The position numbers and the translations under genes were made by a program. Below are positions 35,390 through 47,900 of a stretch of DNA of 64,000 nt, piece after piece (position 1 is the stretch's first letter; each line of letters begins with the position of its first letter). The notes below the pieces were generated by a model, which worked only from the letters and a program-made list of their open reading frames with translations, did no database searches and had not been told where the DNA came from. The stretch comes from Malacoraja senta (lineage: Eukaryota), in NCBI GenBank assembly GCA_038087875.1, contig JAXLNO010000456.1:62001-126000 (forward strand). The letters are read 5' to 3'.

Positions 35390-36885
35390 GTTTAAAAATT
35401 AAACAGAGTTAATGCATAGAAAGCGTACATATGCTGGAGGATCACTGCTACTTCTGTGGAGTTACTGCCTTACGGCGCCGCAGACTCGGATTCCATTCGG
35501 ACTACGTTGTTATCTCAACCCGTCACATGCGTGCGTTTTCTCCGGGTGCGCCGGTTTCTCCCATTTCCCACACGTGCAGGTTTGTAGATTAATTTGCTTC
35601 TGTGTATTGCCCCTAAACAATTGTTCCTAAAGAATTCTGTGAATTGTTCTCTTGAACCTCTACATGTGTGCAGTGGAGAGCATGTTGACTGGTTGCATCG
35701 TGGCCTGGTTCGGCAACTTGAAATGCCCAGGAGCGAAGAAGACTGCCAAATGTTGTGAACGGGTTCTGACCTCCCCACCATCGAAGGGATTTTCCGGGGT
35801 CGCTGCCTCAAAAAGGCAGCCAGCATCATCAAAGATCCACACCACCATGGCCACACATTCATCTCACCACTGCCATCGGGTAAAGGTACAGGAGCCTGAA
35901 AACTGTAACGTCCAGGTTCACGAACAGCTTCTTCCCAACAGCCATTGGGCTATTAGACACCACAACCTCAAATGGGCTCTGAATCAACATAGACTATTAT
36001 TATTATTGCACTATTATTGTTTGTTCGTTTTTCTGTGTGTGTGTGTGTGTGCACACTGAACATTTCCCCCCATTTTAATATTGTTTACAGTGTACTGTGT
36101 TTTACTCCTTTTGTATTTTATTTATTTCACATGTTTAATCAATAATCTTTTATTATTAACGTGTAATGTTTTATGTGTCATTCCTAACTGCCACTGTATG
36201 TCGTTGTCACTTGCGGGCGGAGCACCAAGGCAAATTCCTTGTATGTGAAGACTTGGCCAATAAACGTATTCATTCATTCATTCGCATATTCTGTTGTGCT
36301 GCTGCAAGTAAGAATTTCATTGTTCTACCTGAGACATATGACAATAAAACACTCTTGACTATATTTCCATTCTGAATAAAGTTTATTTTGGAGGGGAAAT
36401 ATCTGCTGACAGACAGGCGGTTGTGTCCCTTTCTCTCCTGCTCGTTCCCTCTCTCCACCCCCGCACCCCCCATGGCAAAGCACTTCTGAATAGGCTGGGA
36501 GTGGGTGACCGTTTGAGCATCGGTGCAAGTGGCCATCACTAATCTCACACCTTACCTCCCGTTTCCCTATCCACTGACACTAGTCTGAAGAAAGGTCTCG
36601 ACCCGAAACGTCACCCATTCCTTCTCTCCAGAGATGCTGCCTGTCCCCGCTGAGTTACCCCAGAATTTTGTGACTGATCTCACACATGCCATCCCTTTAC
36701 TAATGATGATCTATTGAACAAATGCGTAAAGAAACAAACCCACACTGATATTTATACTAGTCTATTCCGACGCGAAATGTGGGGATTAAATGCAACCGGT
36801 TCATCGCCAACCTGTTTTCCACACGGTTTCTGCCCCACAGCCCCTCAGCCCCACTCATGACGCCGGTTACGGGACCCGATCACTT

Positions 36886-37416
36886 TTACTGATGCGAGCA
36901 GGGAATGAAGCATATCTTCAGCCATTGATTTTCATCCCAAGCACCAAACAAGGGATACATTTTCCCCACGAATTTATTCCCGGTGAAGGTGTGGAGGTGG
37001 GACTTGGTGTCCGCATCATAAAATGAGACCGTCCCCGATTCGTAACTGAGGTAAACTCCCACCCTCCCGGGGACGGGACCGGCTGAGAGAGTGGTCTGGG
37101 AAGAATTGCTTGCGGAAACCTCTTCGCGATATCTCTCGATGGTCCAGAATCCTTCCTCTGGTTTCAGGTCGACCCGTCTCTTCCTCTCCACAGACTGCGG
37201 CGACTCCCAGACTCCAGCGCCGATTCCCCGCCACCTCCACCTCCCAGTAATGTCTCGCCGATGTGAATCCCTCCGATCCCAGCGCACAGAGATATTCCAT
37301 AAACCTCTTCCTGTTGTTGCGGAGGCTTCTCCTGACCCCGGTCAATCTCACATTCATCAGGCTGCCGGACACCTCGAGCTCCGGATGCGCGCTATCCTCA
37401 TCCCGGGTCACAGAGT
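36886..37416 (-). pseudogene. Divergent TRIM PRY/SPRY exon, opposite strand, frameshifted
   Basis: Motifs [26 protein letters not shown] and [18 protein letters not shown] 2-bp deletion near 37193. No upstream RING exon was seen. Confidence 0.85.
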
Positions 37417-38629
37417 CTGGGGAAAGAAGCAGATAATTAGAGGGTCTGTGGCATGTGAGGATTTACGAGCTAATAGGATCAATGTGATAGAGATATCCTG
37501 GTGTGTCGCTATGTTGAGGGACTGTAGATGGAATTCTTGACCATTGGTCCCAGGGACCTCCTTCTGCTGTGAACGAGAAGATGTGCAAATGATAATAGAC
37601 AGACAATACGTCATTCGGCTCTTCGATCATGTGATCATGGCTGATCATCCACATTCAGTACCCTGTACCTGCCTTCTCACCATATCCCCTGACTCCGCTA
37701 TCCTTAAGAGCTCTATCTAACTCTCTCTTGAAAGCATCCAGAGAATTAGCCTCCACTGCCTTCTGAGACAGAGAATTCCACAAGAATGTGTGGTGATCCT
37801 TCTTAAAGATCTCCCCAAGTTGCCCCATATCAGGTCTCATAAGTTCTAGGAGCAGAAATAGGCCATTCTGCCCATCAAGTCTACTCTGCCATTCGTTCAT
37901 GGCTGATCTATCTTTCCCTCTCAATCCCATACCCCTGGGCTTCGTCTTATAGACACTGACACCCATACTATCCAAGAATCTTGCAATCTCCGCTTTGGAA
38001 AAAAAGTTGTAACCACTGCCCAGGCCATCATCGGCTCTAACCTCCCAATCGTCGAAGGGATCTATCGCAGTCGCTGCCTCAAAAGGGCTGCCAACATCAT
38101 CAAGGACCCACACCATCCTGGCCACACACTCATCTCTCCGCTGCCATCAGGTAGAAACCTGAAATCAGCAACGTCCAAATTCAGGAACAGCTGAATCCCC
38201 ACAGCCATCAGGCTATTAAACACAACTTCAAACAAACTCTGAACTGAAGAAGGGTTTTGGTCTGAAACGTTGCCTATTTCCTTCGCTCCATAGATGCTGC
38301 TGCACCCGCTGAGTTTCTCCAGCATTTTTGTGTACCTTCTGAACTATAACAGCCCATTGCACGTTATCTGTTTATTTATGTGTGTATATATGGTCTATGG
38401 TATATAGACAAACGGATATGTTTTATGTTTATGCCTACAATATTCTGTTGTGCTGCAGCAAGCAAGAATTTAATTGTCCTATCTGGGACACATGACAATA
38501 AACTCTCTTGACTTCACTTGACTTGACTTGACTTTAAAATATTCATTGGCTTGGCCTCCACAGCCGTCTGTGACAATGAATTCCACAGGTTATCCGCCCT
38601 CTGACTAAATTAATTCCTCATCATCTCAT

Positions 38630-41260
38630 AGAAACATAGAAACATAGAAAATAGGTGCAGGAGTAGGCCATTCGGCCCTTCGAGCCTGCACCGCCATTCA
38701 ATATGACCATGGTTGATCATGCAACTCAGTATCCTGTACCTGCCTTCTCTCCATATCCCCTGATCCCTTTAGCCACAAGGGCCACATCTAACTCCCTCTT
38801 AAAAAAACAATGAACTGGCCTCAACTACATTCTGTGACAGAGAATTCCAGAGATTCACCACTCTCTGTGTGAATAATGTTTTTCTCATCTCGGTCCTAAA
38901 AGATTTCCCCCTTATCCTTAAACTGTGACCCCTTGTTCTGGACTTCCCCAACATCGGGAAGAATCTTCCTGCATCTACCCTGTCCAACCCCTTATGAATA
39001 TTGTAAGTTTCTATGAGATCCCCCCTCAATCTTCTGAATTCTCGCGAGTACAAGCCGAGTCTATCCAGTCTTTCTTCATATGAAACTCCTAACATCCCAC
39101 GAATCAGTCTGGTGAACCTTCTCTGTACACCCTCTATGGCAAGAATGTCTTTCCTCAGATTTGGAGACCAAAACTGTACGCAATACTCCAAGTGTGGTCT
39201 CACCAAGACCCTGTAGAGTACAAGCCGAGTCTATCCAGTCTTTCTTCATATGAAACTCCTAACATCCCACGAATCAGTCTGGTGAACCTTCTCTGTACAC
39301 CCTCTATGGCAAGAATGTCTTTCCTCAGATTTGGAGACCAAAACTGTACGCAATACTCCAAGTGTGGTCTCACCAAGACCCTGTACAAGCGCAGTAGAAC
39401 CTCCCTACTCCGATACTCAAATCCTTTTGCTATGAATGCTAACATACCATTCGCTTTCTTCACTGCCTGCTGCACCTGCATGCCTACTTTCAATGACTGG
39501 TGTACCATGACACCCAGGTCTCGTTGCATCTCCCCTTTTCTTAATCGGCCACCATTCAGATAATAGTCTACTTTCCTGTTTTTGCCGCCAAAGAGGATAA
39601 CCTCACATTTATCCACATTATACTGCATCTGCCATGCATTTGCCCACTCACCCATCCTATCTAAGTCACCTTGCAGCCTCCTAGCACCCTCCTCACAGCT
39701 AACACTGCCCCCCATCTTCGTGTCATCCGCAAACTTGGAGATGTTGCATTCAATTACCTCGTCCAAATCATTAATATATATTGTAAATAGCTGGGGTCCA
39801 TGCACTGAGCCTTGCATTACCCCACTGCCTGCCATTCTGAAAAGGGCCCGTTTACTACTATTTGCTTCCTGTCTGCCAGCCAGTTATCTATCCACATCAA
39901 TACTGAACCCCCAATATCGTGTGCTATAAGTTTGTATACTAATCTCTTATGTGGGACCTTGTCGAAAGCCTTCTGAAAGTCCAGATATAACACATCCACT
40001 GGTTCTCCCTTATCCACGCTACTAGTTACATCCTCGAAAAATTCTATAAGAATCGTCAGACATGATTTACCTTTGGTAAATCCACGCTGACTTTGTCCAA
40101 TGATTTCACCACTTTCCAAATGTGCTGCTATCCCATCTTTACTTACTGACTCTAGCAGTTTCCCCACTGCCGATGTTAGAATAACTGGTCTGTAATTCCC
40201 CGTTTTCTCTCTCCCTCCCTTTTTTTTTTAAAGTGCGGTTACATTAGCTACCCTCCAATCCTCAGGAACTACTCCAGAATCTAAAGAGGTTTGAACAATT
40301 ATCACTAATGCATCCACTATTTCTGGGGCTACTTCCTTAAGTACTCTGGGATGCAGCCTATCTGGCCCTGGGGATTTATCGGCCTTTAATCCATTCAATT
40401 TACCTAACACCACTTCCCGGCTAACCTGGATTTCACTCAGTTCCTCCATCTCATTTGACCCGCGTTCCCTGCTATTTCCGGCAGATTATTTATGTCTTCC
40501 ATAGTGAAGACAGTACCAAAGTAGTTATTCAATTGGTCTGCCATGTCCTTGTTCCCCATGATAAATTCACCTGTTTCTGACTGCAAGGGACCTACATTTG
40601 TTTTAACTAATCTTTTTCTCTTGAAACATCTATAACAACTTTTGCAGTCAGTTTTTATGTTCCCTGCCAGTTTTCTTTCATAATCTATTTTCCCTTTCCT
40701 AATTAAGCCCTTTGTCCTCCTTTGCTGGACTGAATTTCTCCCAGCAAAGGCTCCTTTTTCTGGCTAATTTGTACGCTTCATCTTTTGTTTTGATACTATC
40801 CCTGATTTCCCTTGTTATGCACGGTTGCACTACCTTCCCTGACTAATTCTTTTGCCAAACTGGGATGAACAATTCTTGTAGTTCATCCATGCATTCTTTA
40901 AATGCCTTCCATTGCATATCCTCCGTCAACCCTTTAAGAATTGCCAGCCTATCTTGGCCAAATCACGTCTCATTCCCTCAAAGTTACATTTCTTTAAGTT
41001 CAGGACCCTTGTTTCTGAATTAACAAAGTCATTCTGCATCCTAATGAAGACCTCAACCATATTATGGTCACCCTTGCCCAAGGGGCCACGCACAAAAAGA
41101 CTGCTAACTAACCCTTCCTCATTACCCAGTCTAGAATAGCCTGCTCTCTCGTTGATTCCTCTACATGTTGGTTTAGAAAACTATCCCGCATACATTCCAA
41201 GAAATCCTCTTCCTCAGCACCCCTGCCAATTTGATTCGCCCAATCTATGTGTAGATTGAA
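38630..41260 (-). mobile_element. Degenerate CR1 LINE (ORF2 part), with an internal duplication of about 170 bp near 39047-39385
   Basis: RT fragments on the minus strand and a (CTATGTTT)n tail at about 38630. Confidence 0.9.
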
Positions 41261-43854
41261 AGATACGTTCTTTTTATTCTGAGGCTATGGCCTCTGGTGC
41301 TAGACTCTTCCACTAGGGGGAAACATCCTCTCCACATCCACTCTATTTAGGCCTTTCTTTATTTCGTACGTTTCAATGACGACTCCCCTCATGTAAACTC
41401 CAGCGAGTACAGGCCCAGTGCCTTCAAACGCTCATCATGTATGAACCCTATAATTCTTGGGATCATTCTCATAAATCTCATCTGGAGGTTCTCTGTGGCT
41501 TATGGCCTGTCCCAGGAAAGAACACCGAGGCATAAGTCATAAGGGGCATAAGTGATAGGAGTAGAATTAGGCCATTCGGCCCTTCAAGTCTACTCCGCCA
41601 TTCAATCATGGCTGATCTCTCTCACCCCCCTAACCCTATGATCTATCCATCTCTGCCAAAAAAATATCCACTGAGTTGGCCTCTACAGCCTTCTGTGGCA
41701 AAGAATTCCACAGATCCACCACCATCTGACTAAAGACACCTCCTCACCTCCTTCCTTAAAAAAGGGCTTTAATCGCTTGCTTCTGAAAGATTGCTAAGGT
41801 CTGCCTGAAATGTGTTGGTCTTCTCCTGTGAGGATGTGTCTACATTGAATTCTGTGGACGGGCAGGTTTCCACTGTGCGGGAATGCCTGCTACAATGGTT
41901 ACAATGGTTGTTTGTTTGTCACATGCACAGCTAGGTGGCGCATTTCCACCGCTAAGTGATCCCCTGAAGCAGCGCAAAGACTTTGTGGGAAACTCTGCAC
42001 AATCTACAGCCACTGGAGACTCGAGGTTGGGTCCTATGTAACATTGCAAGGATTTCTCAGGCCTGCCCCACCTCTCAATATGATCATGAATGATCTGCAC
42101 TAACCTTGTTTGTGTCAGCTCCCTTTAACCCTCAATTCCCGGGCTATCAAATATATAGCCCGGGAATTGAGGCTATTTCCACGAGTAGTAGCTCTACTCA
42201 ATAACCAAATAACCAATAAACAAAATCTGTAGCCTCTTTTAGCTCTGGTATTTTATTTAATTCGGATGATTAATCAATAATGTTTTATTATTAATGCTTA
42301 ATGTTTTATGTGTCATTCCTAACTGTCGCTGTATGTCATGTTGTCACTTGTGGGTGGAGCACCAAGGCAAATTCCTTGTATGTGAATACTTGGCCAATAA
42401 ACTTATTCATTCATTCATTCATTCATATCTATCTCTATCTACAAATACTGATGGCACAGCTGGGAGAGCCGCTGCCTCGCCGACCAAATGTCCCATCTAC
42501 ACTGGTCCCACCTGCTTGCATTTGGCCCATGTCCTTCTAAACACTTCCGATACATGTATCAGTCCGAATATCTTTTAAATGTTGTGACAGTACCTGCCTA
42601 ACTACCTCCTCTGGCAGACAATAAATGCTGGAGTAACCCGGTGAGAAGGAATGGATGACATTTCGGGACGGGACCATTCAAAATGGCATACCTCTTATTC
42701 TTAAACTGTGACCCCTGGTTCTGGACTCCCCAACATCGGGAACACGTTTCCTGCCTCAAGCGTGTCCAAACCCTTAATAATCTTATATGTTTCAAGAGGG
42801 GATCTTATTGAAGGATATAAGATTATTAAGGGTTTTGACACGCTAGAGGCAGGAAACATGCATGGAGGCAGGCCCTTCGGCCCTCCGCGTCCACGCTGAC
42901 CACCTAGCACCGACCCCCCATTAACAGTAGTACTACGTTATTCCACTTTCTCACCGCTCAACACGAGGGGACATTTCAGAAGGGGGCAACTAACTCACAA
43001 AGCCGCAAGCCGCAACTGGAGCGCCGATAGGAACCGCTGTGGTCACATGGAGAACATGCAAACTCCCCTTGGAGTCATTGGGTGATACTGTGTGGAAGCA
43101 GGCCCTTCGGCCCAACTTGCCCATACAGGCCAACATGTCCCAGCTCCACTAGTCCCACCTGCCTGCGTTTGGTCCATATCCCTCCAAACCTGTCCTATCC
43201 ATGTACCTGACTAACTGTTTCTTAAACGTGAGGATAGTCCCAGCCTCAATGACCTCCTCTGGCAGCTTGCTCCATGCACCCACCACACTTTGTGTGAAAA
43301 ATGTACCCCTCTTTACAGATAACTTATTTCTTATTTAGAGTCCCAGCTTATCCAACCTCTAGAATAGAGACTCAGCCTACTCAACCTCTCCCTAGAGCTC
43401 AGACCCTCTAGTCCTGGCAACATCCTCGTAAATTTTTGGTCCCCTAATTTGGCTTAGTCCCCTAATTTGAAGGACATTATTGCTATTGAGGGAGTGCAGC
43501 GTAGGTTAATTCCAGGGATGGCCCGACTGTCATATGCTGAGAGAATGGAGCGGCAGGGCTTGGCTACTCTGGAATTTAGAAGGATGAGAGGGCATCTTAT
43601 TGAAACAAATAAGATTATTAAGGATTTGGACACGCTAGAGGCATGAAACATGTTCCCGACATTGGGGGAGTTCAGAACCAGGGGCCACGGTTTAAGAATA
43701 AGGGGTAAGCCATTTAGAACGGAGATGAGGAATCACTTTTTCTCACAGAGAGTTGTGAGTCTGTGAAATTCTGTACCTCAGACGGCAGTGGAGGTCAATT
43801 CTCTGGATGCTTTCAAGAGATAGAGCTCTTAAAGATAGCGGAGTCAGGGGATAT

Positions 43855-44585
43855 AGGGGGGTTGCATGTAACGTCATCGGGTCAAAGGACGTGACGCAAG
43901 GAGCAGCTCAATCCTTCCGGAGGACATGGCGGCCTCGGCACACACTTAACACACGGAACGCGGACCTTCCTAACTGTTAAAAACCGCCTAAATTGTCATT
44001 TTTTGCGTTATAAAGAATTGTGGGTGCTGTCATTGAAAGCGGGAAGATTTGCTCTGAACCCGGGCACAAAGTTGTAAGCGGCCGAAGGAGCACATCCCTC
44101 GGGACAGCCCCCACTCCCCCCCCCCCAGGGGTCAGCGCTTTCCGGCCACGGCTGCCCTCCGCCCCGTCTACCCCTGTGGGCCGCACTGTCACGGGCTGTA
44201 GGTCGGCAGCGCCCACAGACGGGGCCGGGGTGGAGAAGGGCCGAGGCTGGGGTGAAGCGGGTCTGGGGCCGAGGCGGAGCGGATCCGCTGGGGAGCGTGT
44301 CCGAGGACGGGGCGGAGCGGGTCCGGGGCCGGGGCGGAGCGGGTCCGGGGAGGGAGCGGGTCAGGGGGGGAGCCGGTCCGGGGAAGGGGCGGAGCGCGAC
44401 CAGGGCCGGGGCGGAGCGAGGGCGGAGTGGGGGCGGAGCGGGTCCGGGTCCGGGGCGGTGAGGGTCCGGGGCCGGGGTGGTAAAGTAAATACTTACCTGC
44501 AGTTCGCCGCGTGTCCTCCAGGTGCCGTTGCGTGGCAACAGTACGGGTGACGGGTCGTGACCATGACTCCGTGCAACCTCCCCCT
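43855..44585. mobile_element. GC-rich insertion with imperfect TIRs inside a CR1 3' end
   Basis: It interrupts CR1 ggggatat|..gagaaggcagg. Ends are AGGGGGGTTGCA and TGCAACCTCCCCCT. Internal GGGGCGGAGC repeats. Confidence 0.5.
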
Positions 44586-44916
44586 GGCGAGAACCGAGAA
44601 GGCAGGAACGGGGTACTGATTGTGGATGATCAGCCATGATCACATTGAATAGCGGTGCTGGCTTGGAAGGGCCGAATGGCCGACTCCTGCACCTATTGTC
44701 TGTTGACTATTAAAAGAGGACGTGTTGTTCCTCGAGATTGCGCGTGGTCTCACTCTGACAGTGGAGGAGGCCCAGGGCAAAAATGTTGCTCTGGGAATGT
44801 GAAGGGGAGTTAAATGTCCTCGCGTTTACTGATCGTTCCCTGACAGTGCAGCGCGTTGATTGGTATCTCAGGTGTGTTTAGCGCCTCCCCGAAAGTGAAG
44901 TCAGGAAGTGGCGAGA

Positions 44917-47900
44917 ATGGCTGCCGAACAGCAGGTTGAGAGTTTACGCGAAGAACTAATTTGTCCCATCTGCCTGGATATCTTCACCGATCCGGTGTCC
45001 CTGCAGTGCGGCCACAACTTCTGCCGCTCCTGTATCACACAGTGTTGGGAAAGAGAGGGGAGAAACTCCTGCCCGGAATGTAGAGCGGAATTTGCAGACC
45101 GCACCCTGATTGTGAATTGGGCCTTGTCAAGTCTGGCTGAGAAAACTCACAATTTAAATCTGAATCAGAAAGGGAAGGAAAGTAAACTTCACTGCGAGAA
45201 ACATCAGGAAGAACTGAAGCTGTTTTGTGAAACGGACAAGAAATTGATCTGTGTTATTTGTCGAGACGCGCGGGAACACAGAGAGCACCGCTTCATACCG
45301 GTAGAAGAAGCTGTTGAAAACTACAAGGTAAAAGCAAACATCTTATGATCACATCAATTCTACAGCGTTTTTTCTCATGTACAATTCTTTCATTTCGCTT
45401 TTTCTTTTTTGCAAACCCATTTTCAGGCTCAGATGAAATCTTCCATAGAATCTCTCACGAAAAAAAATTCAGAGATACAGGAAATGGAACAATTGCAGAA
45501 AACAAAGATTTCTGGAGTTAGGGTAAGGTCTCTGCCTTCGCTGTGTGATCCCGTGCAGATTTATCCCCCTTGGGGCAATATAATAATATCCACATTCTCT
45601 TCACAGGAACAGTCCCGCAGTCTGCACTCCCACATCACATCACACTTCACTAAAAAGCGACAGATTCTCGCTGAGGAAGAGGAGCATTTACTCAAAGATC
45701 TCAGAGAAGCAGAGGAGAATAGTATAGGTATAATGGAGAAAAATCTTCAAGCAATTCAAGCGAACTTAACTTCCAAGCAGGAGAAACTCACAAAGCTACA
45801 GGAACGAATGGATCAAAAAGACATTGTGATATTTCTAATGGTGAGAATTTCTTTTAATTTTAGGCCAAACCAAGTGCCCACAGAAAATGCACAACTTCTC
45901 GGGAATAAGTGGAGACCTTGACACTAAATGTTTGATTGTTCCTCTGTTGCCCAAGCTACACATTACATTTAAACTGACACAAAAATTCAGGTACACTTGC
46001 ATGCTGTGAGTGTGTCTGGTGTAGCGGGTGTGAGAGGCAGTGCATGAATTAATGGGAACTGACATTCAGTTACAGAGCTTGACACTTATGCCAGATATAT
46101 ATAATCTAAAACCTGTTTGTAAAATCAGTGTTTGATAACTTTGGGGTGTTTTGTATGAAATCCTTTTATCATGACAAAAAATAGGAGTAGAATTAGGCCC
46201 ATCAAGTCGATGCGACCATTTAATCACGGATGGCCTATCTCAGCCTCCTAACACAATTCTCCTGCCTTCTCCCCATAACCTCTGACACGTACTAATCAAT
46301 AATCTATCTTTGCCTTAAAAATATCCACTGACGGACTCCACACCCTTCTGTGGCAAATAATTTCACAGATTTACCACTTTCGCACAAGAAAATTGTCCTC
46401 ATCTGCTTCCTAAAAGAACGTCCTTTAATTCTGAGGCTATGACTTCTCGTCCTAGACTCTTCCACTCGTGGCAACATTCTCTCTATATCCACACTATCCG
46501 AGCCTTTCACTGTTCTGTATGTTTCAATGAGGTCCCCCCTCATCTTCTAAACTACAGCGAATATAGTCCCAGTGCTGACAATCACTCAATATATGTTCAC
46601 CTACTCATTCCTGGGAACAATTTGTATACCTCCTCTGAACCCTCTCCAGAGCCAGCACATCCTTCCTCAGATATGGTGCCCATATGTGATTCCTTAACAT
46701 TTCTGAGACATTCTCGTGCTATCAGTGTGTCAGAAGCTGTGTTAGTGGAGAATTTCCAGCAACTTGCAACAATGAGTAGAACATATTATTGTTCGGTTGT
46801 GTATGGTCAGTGTAAATCAATAAAAAATGTGTTTGTTTGATTTCAGGATGAAATTAGTCGGAAGAGGAGGTAGGAAATGTTCTTAACTAAACCATGCATA
46901 ATGTTATTTAAAAAAAGAACTCAGACGATCACTGCAGTTCATTTTGTAACCCAACTGCTTATACTTACAGGGTTAGTGATGAGGAATACACGTTGTCAGT
47001 AGCAGATGGGACGCCGGAAGTTGCAAAATTCGATCAACCCTTTTTATTGAACAGAGTGTTCAGCGAAATGTCCTGTGATATTCCGCAAGGTAATGTTGAT
47101 ATAATTTATTTGTTCTAATACATTAGAGATCGCTAGGTGTTAGTTGGATACAAAGAATGATATGAATAATGCACACTTTAATTAAACATGCATGCCGCCT
47201 CCGAACTAAACTAAAAGGCTAACAGCTTGTGCGCAAGAATCCCAGCAGCGAACATGCCTCCGACTATGTAATAAATCCCACCCACACAGTTACAGGCAGA
47301 CAAAGTGTAAAGGCAAATGCCATAATTTCTAGAAACATAGAAACATAGAAAATAGGTGCAGGAGGAGGCCATATGTCCTTCCTCGAAGTAGGAGACCAAG
47401 ACTGTACACAATACTCCAGATGTGGTCTCACCAGAGCCCTATAGAACTGCAGAAAAAACTCTTTGCTCCCATACTGAAATCCTCTTGTTATGAAGGCCAA
47501 CATTCCATTAGCTTTCTTCACTGCCTGCTGTACCTGCACACGAACCTTCAGTGACCGGTGTACAAGGACGCCCAGGTCTCGCTGTACCTCCCCATTACCT
47601 AACCTAACCCCATTGAGATAATAATCTGCCACCCTTGTTTTTGCCGCCAAAGTGGATAACCTCATATTTATCTATAGTATACTGCATCTGCCACGCATCT
47701 GCCCACTCACTCAACCTGTCCAGGTCACCCTGCAACCTCCATACATCCTCTTGACAGCTCACACTGCCACCCAGCTTTGTTTCATCCGCAAACTTGCTAG
47801 TGTTCCTCCTAATTCCCTCTTCCAAATCATTAATATATATGGTAAACAGTTGCGGCCCCAACACCGATCCTTGCGGCACTCCACTCGCCACTGCCTGCCC

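Noticed and set aside
44489..44499. ATACTTACCTG, identical to the U1 5' end
   Set aside because: No further U1 sequence follows. It is simply a consensus 5' splice site on the opposite strand.
44008..44643. Long Pro/Gly/Arg-rich ORFs
   Set aside because: They are a by-product of GC-rich low-complexity sequence with no recognisable domain.
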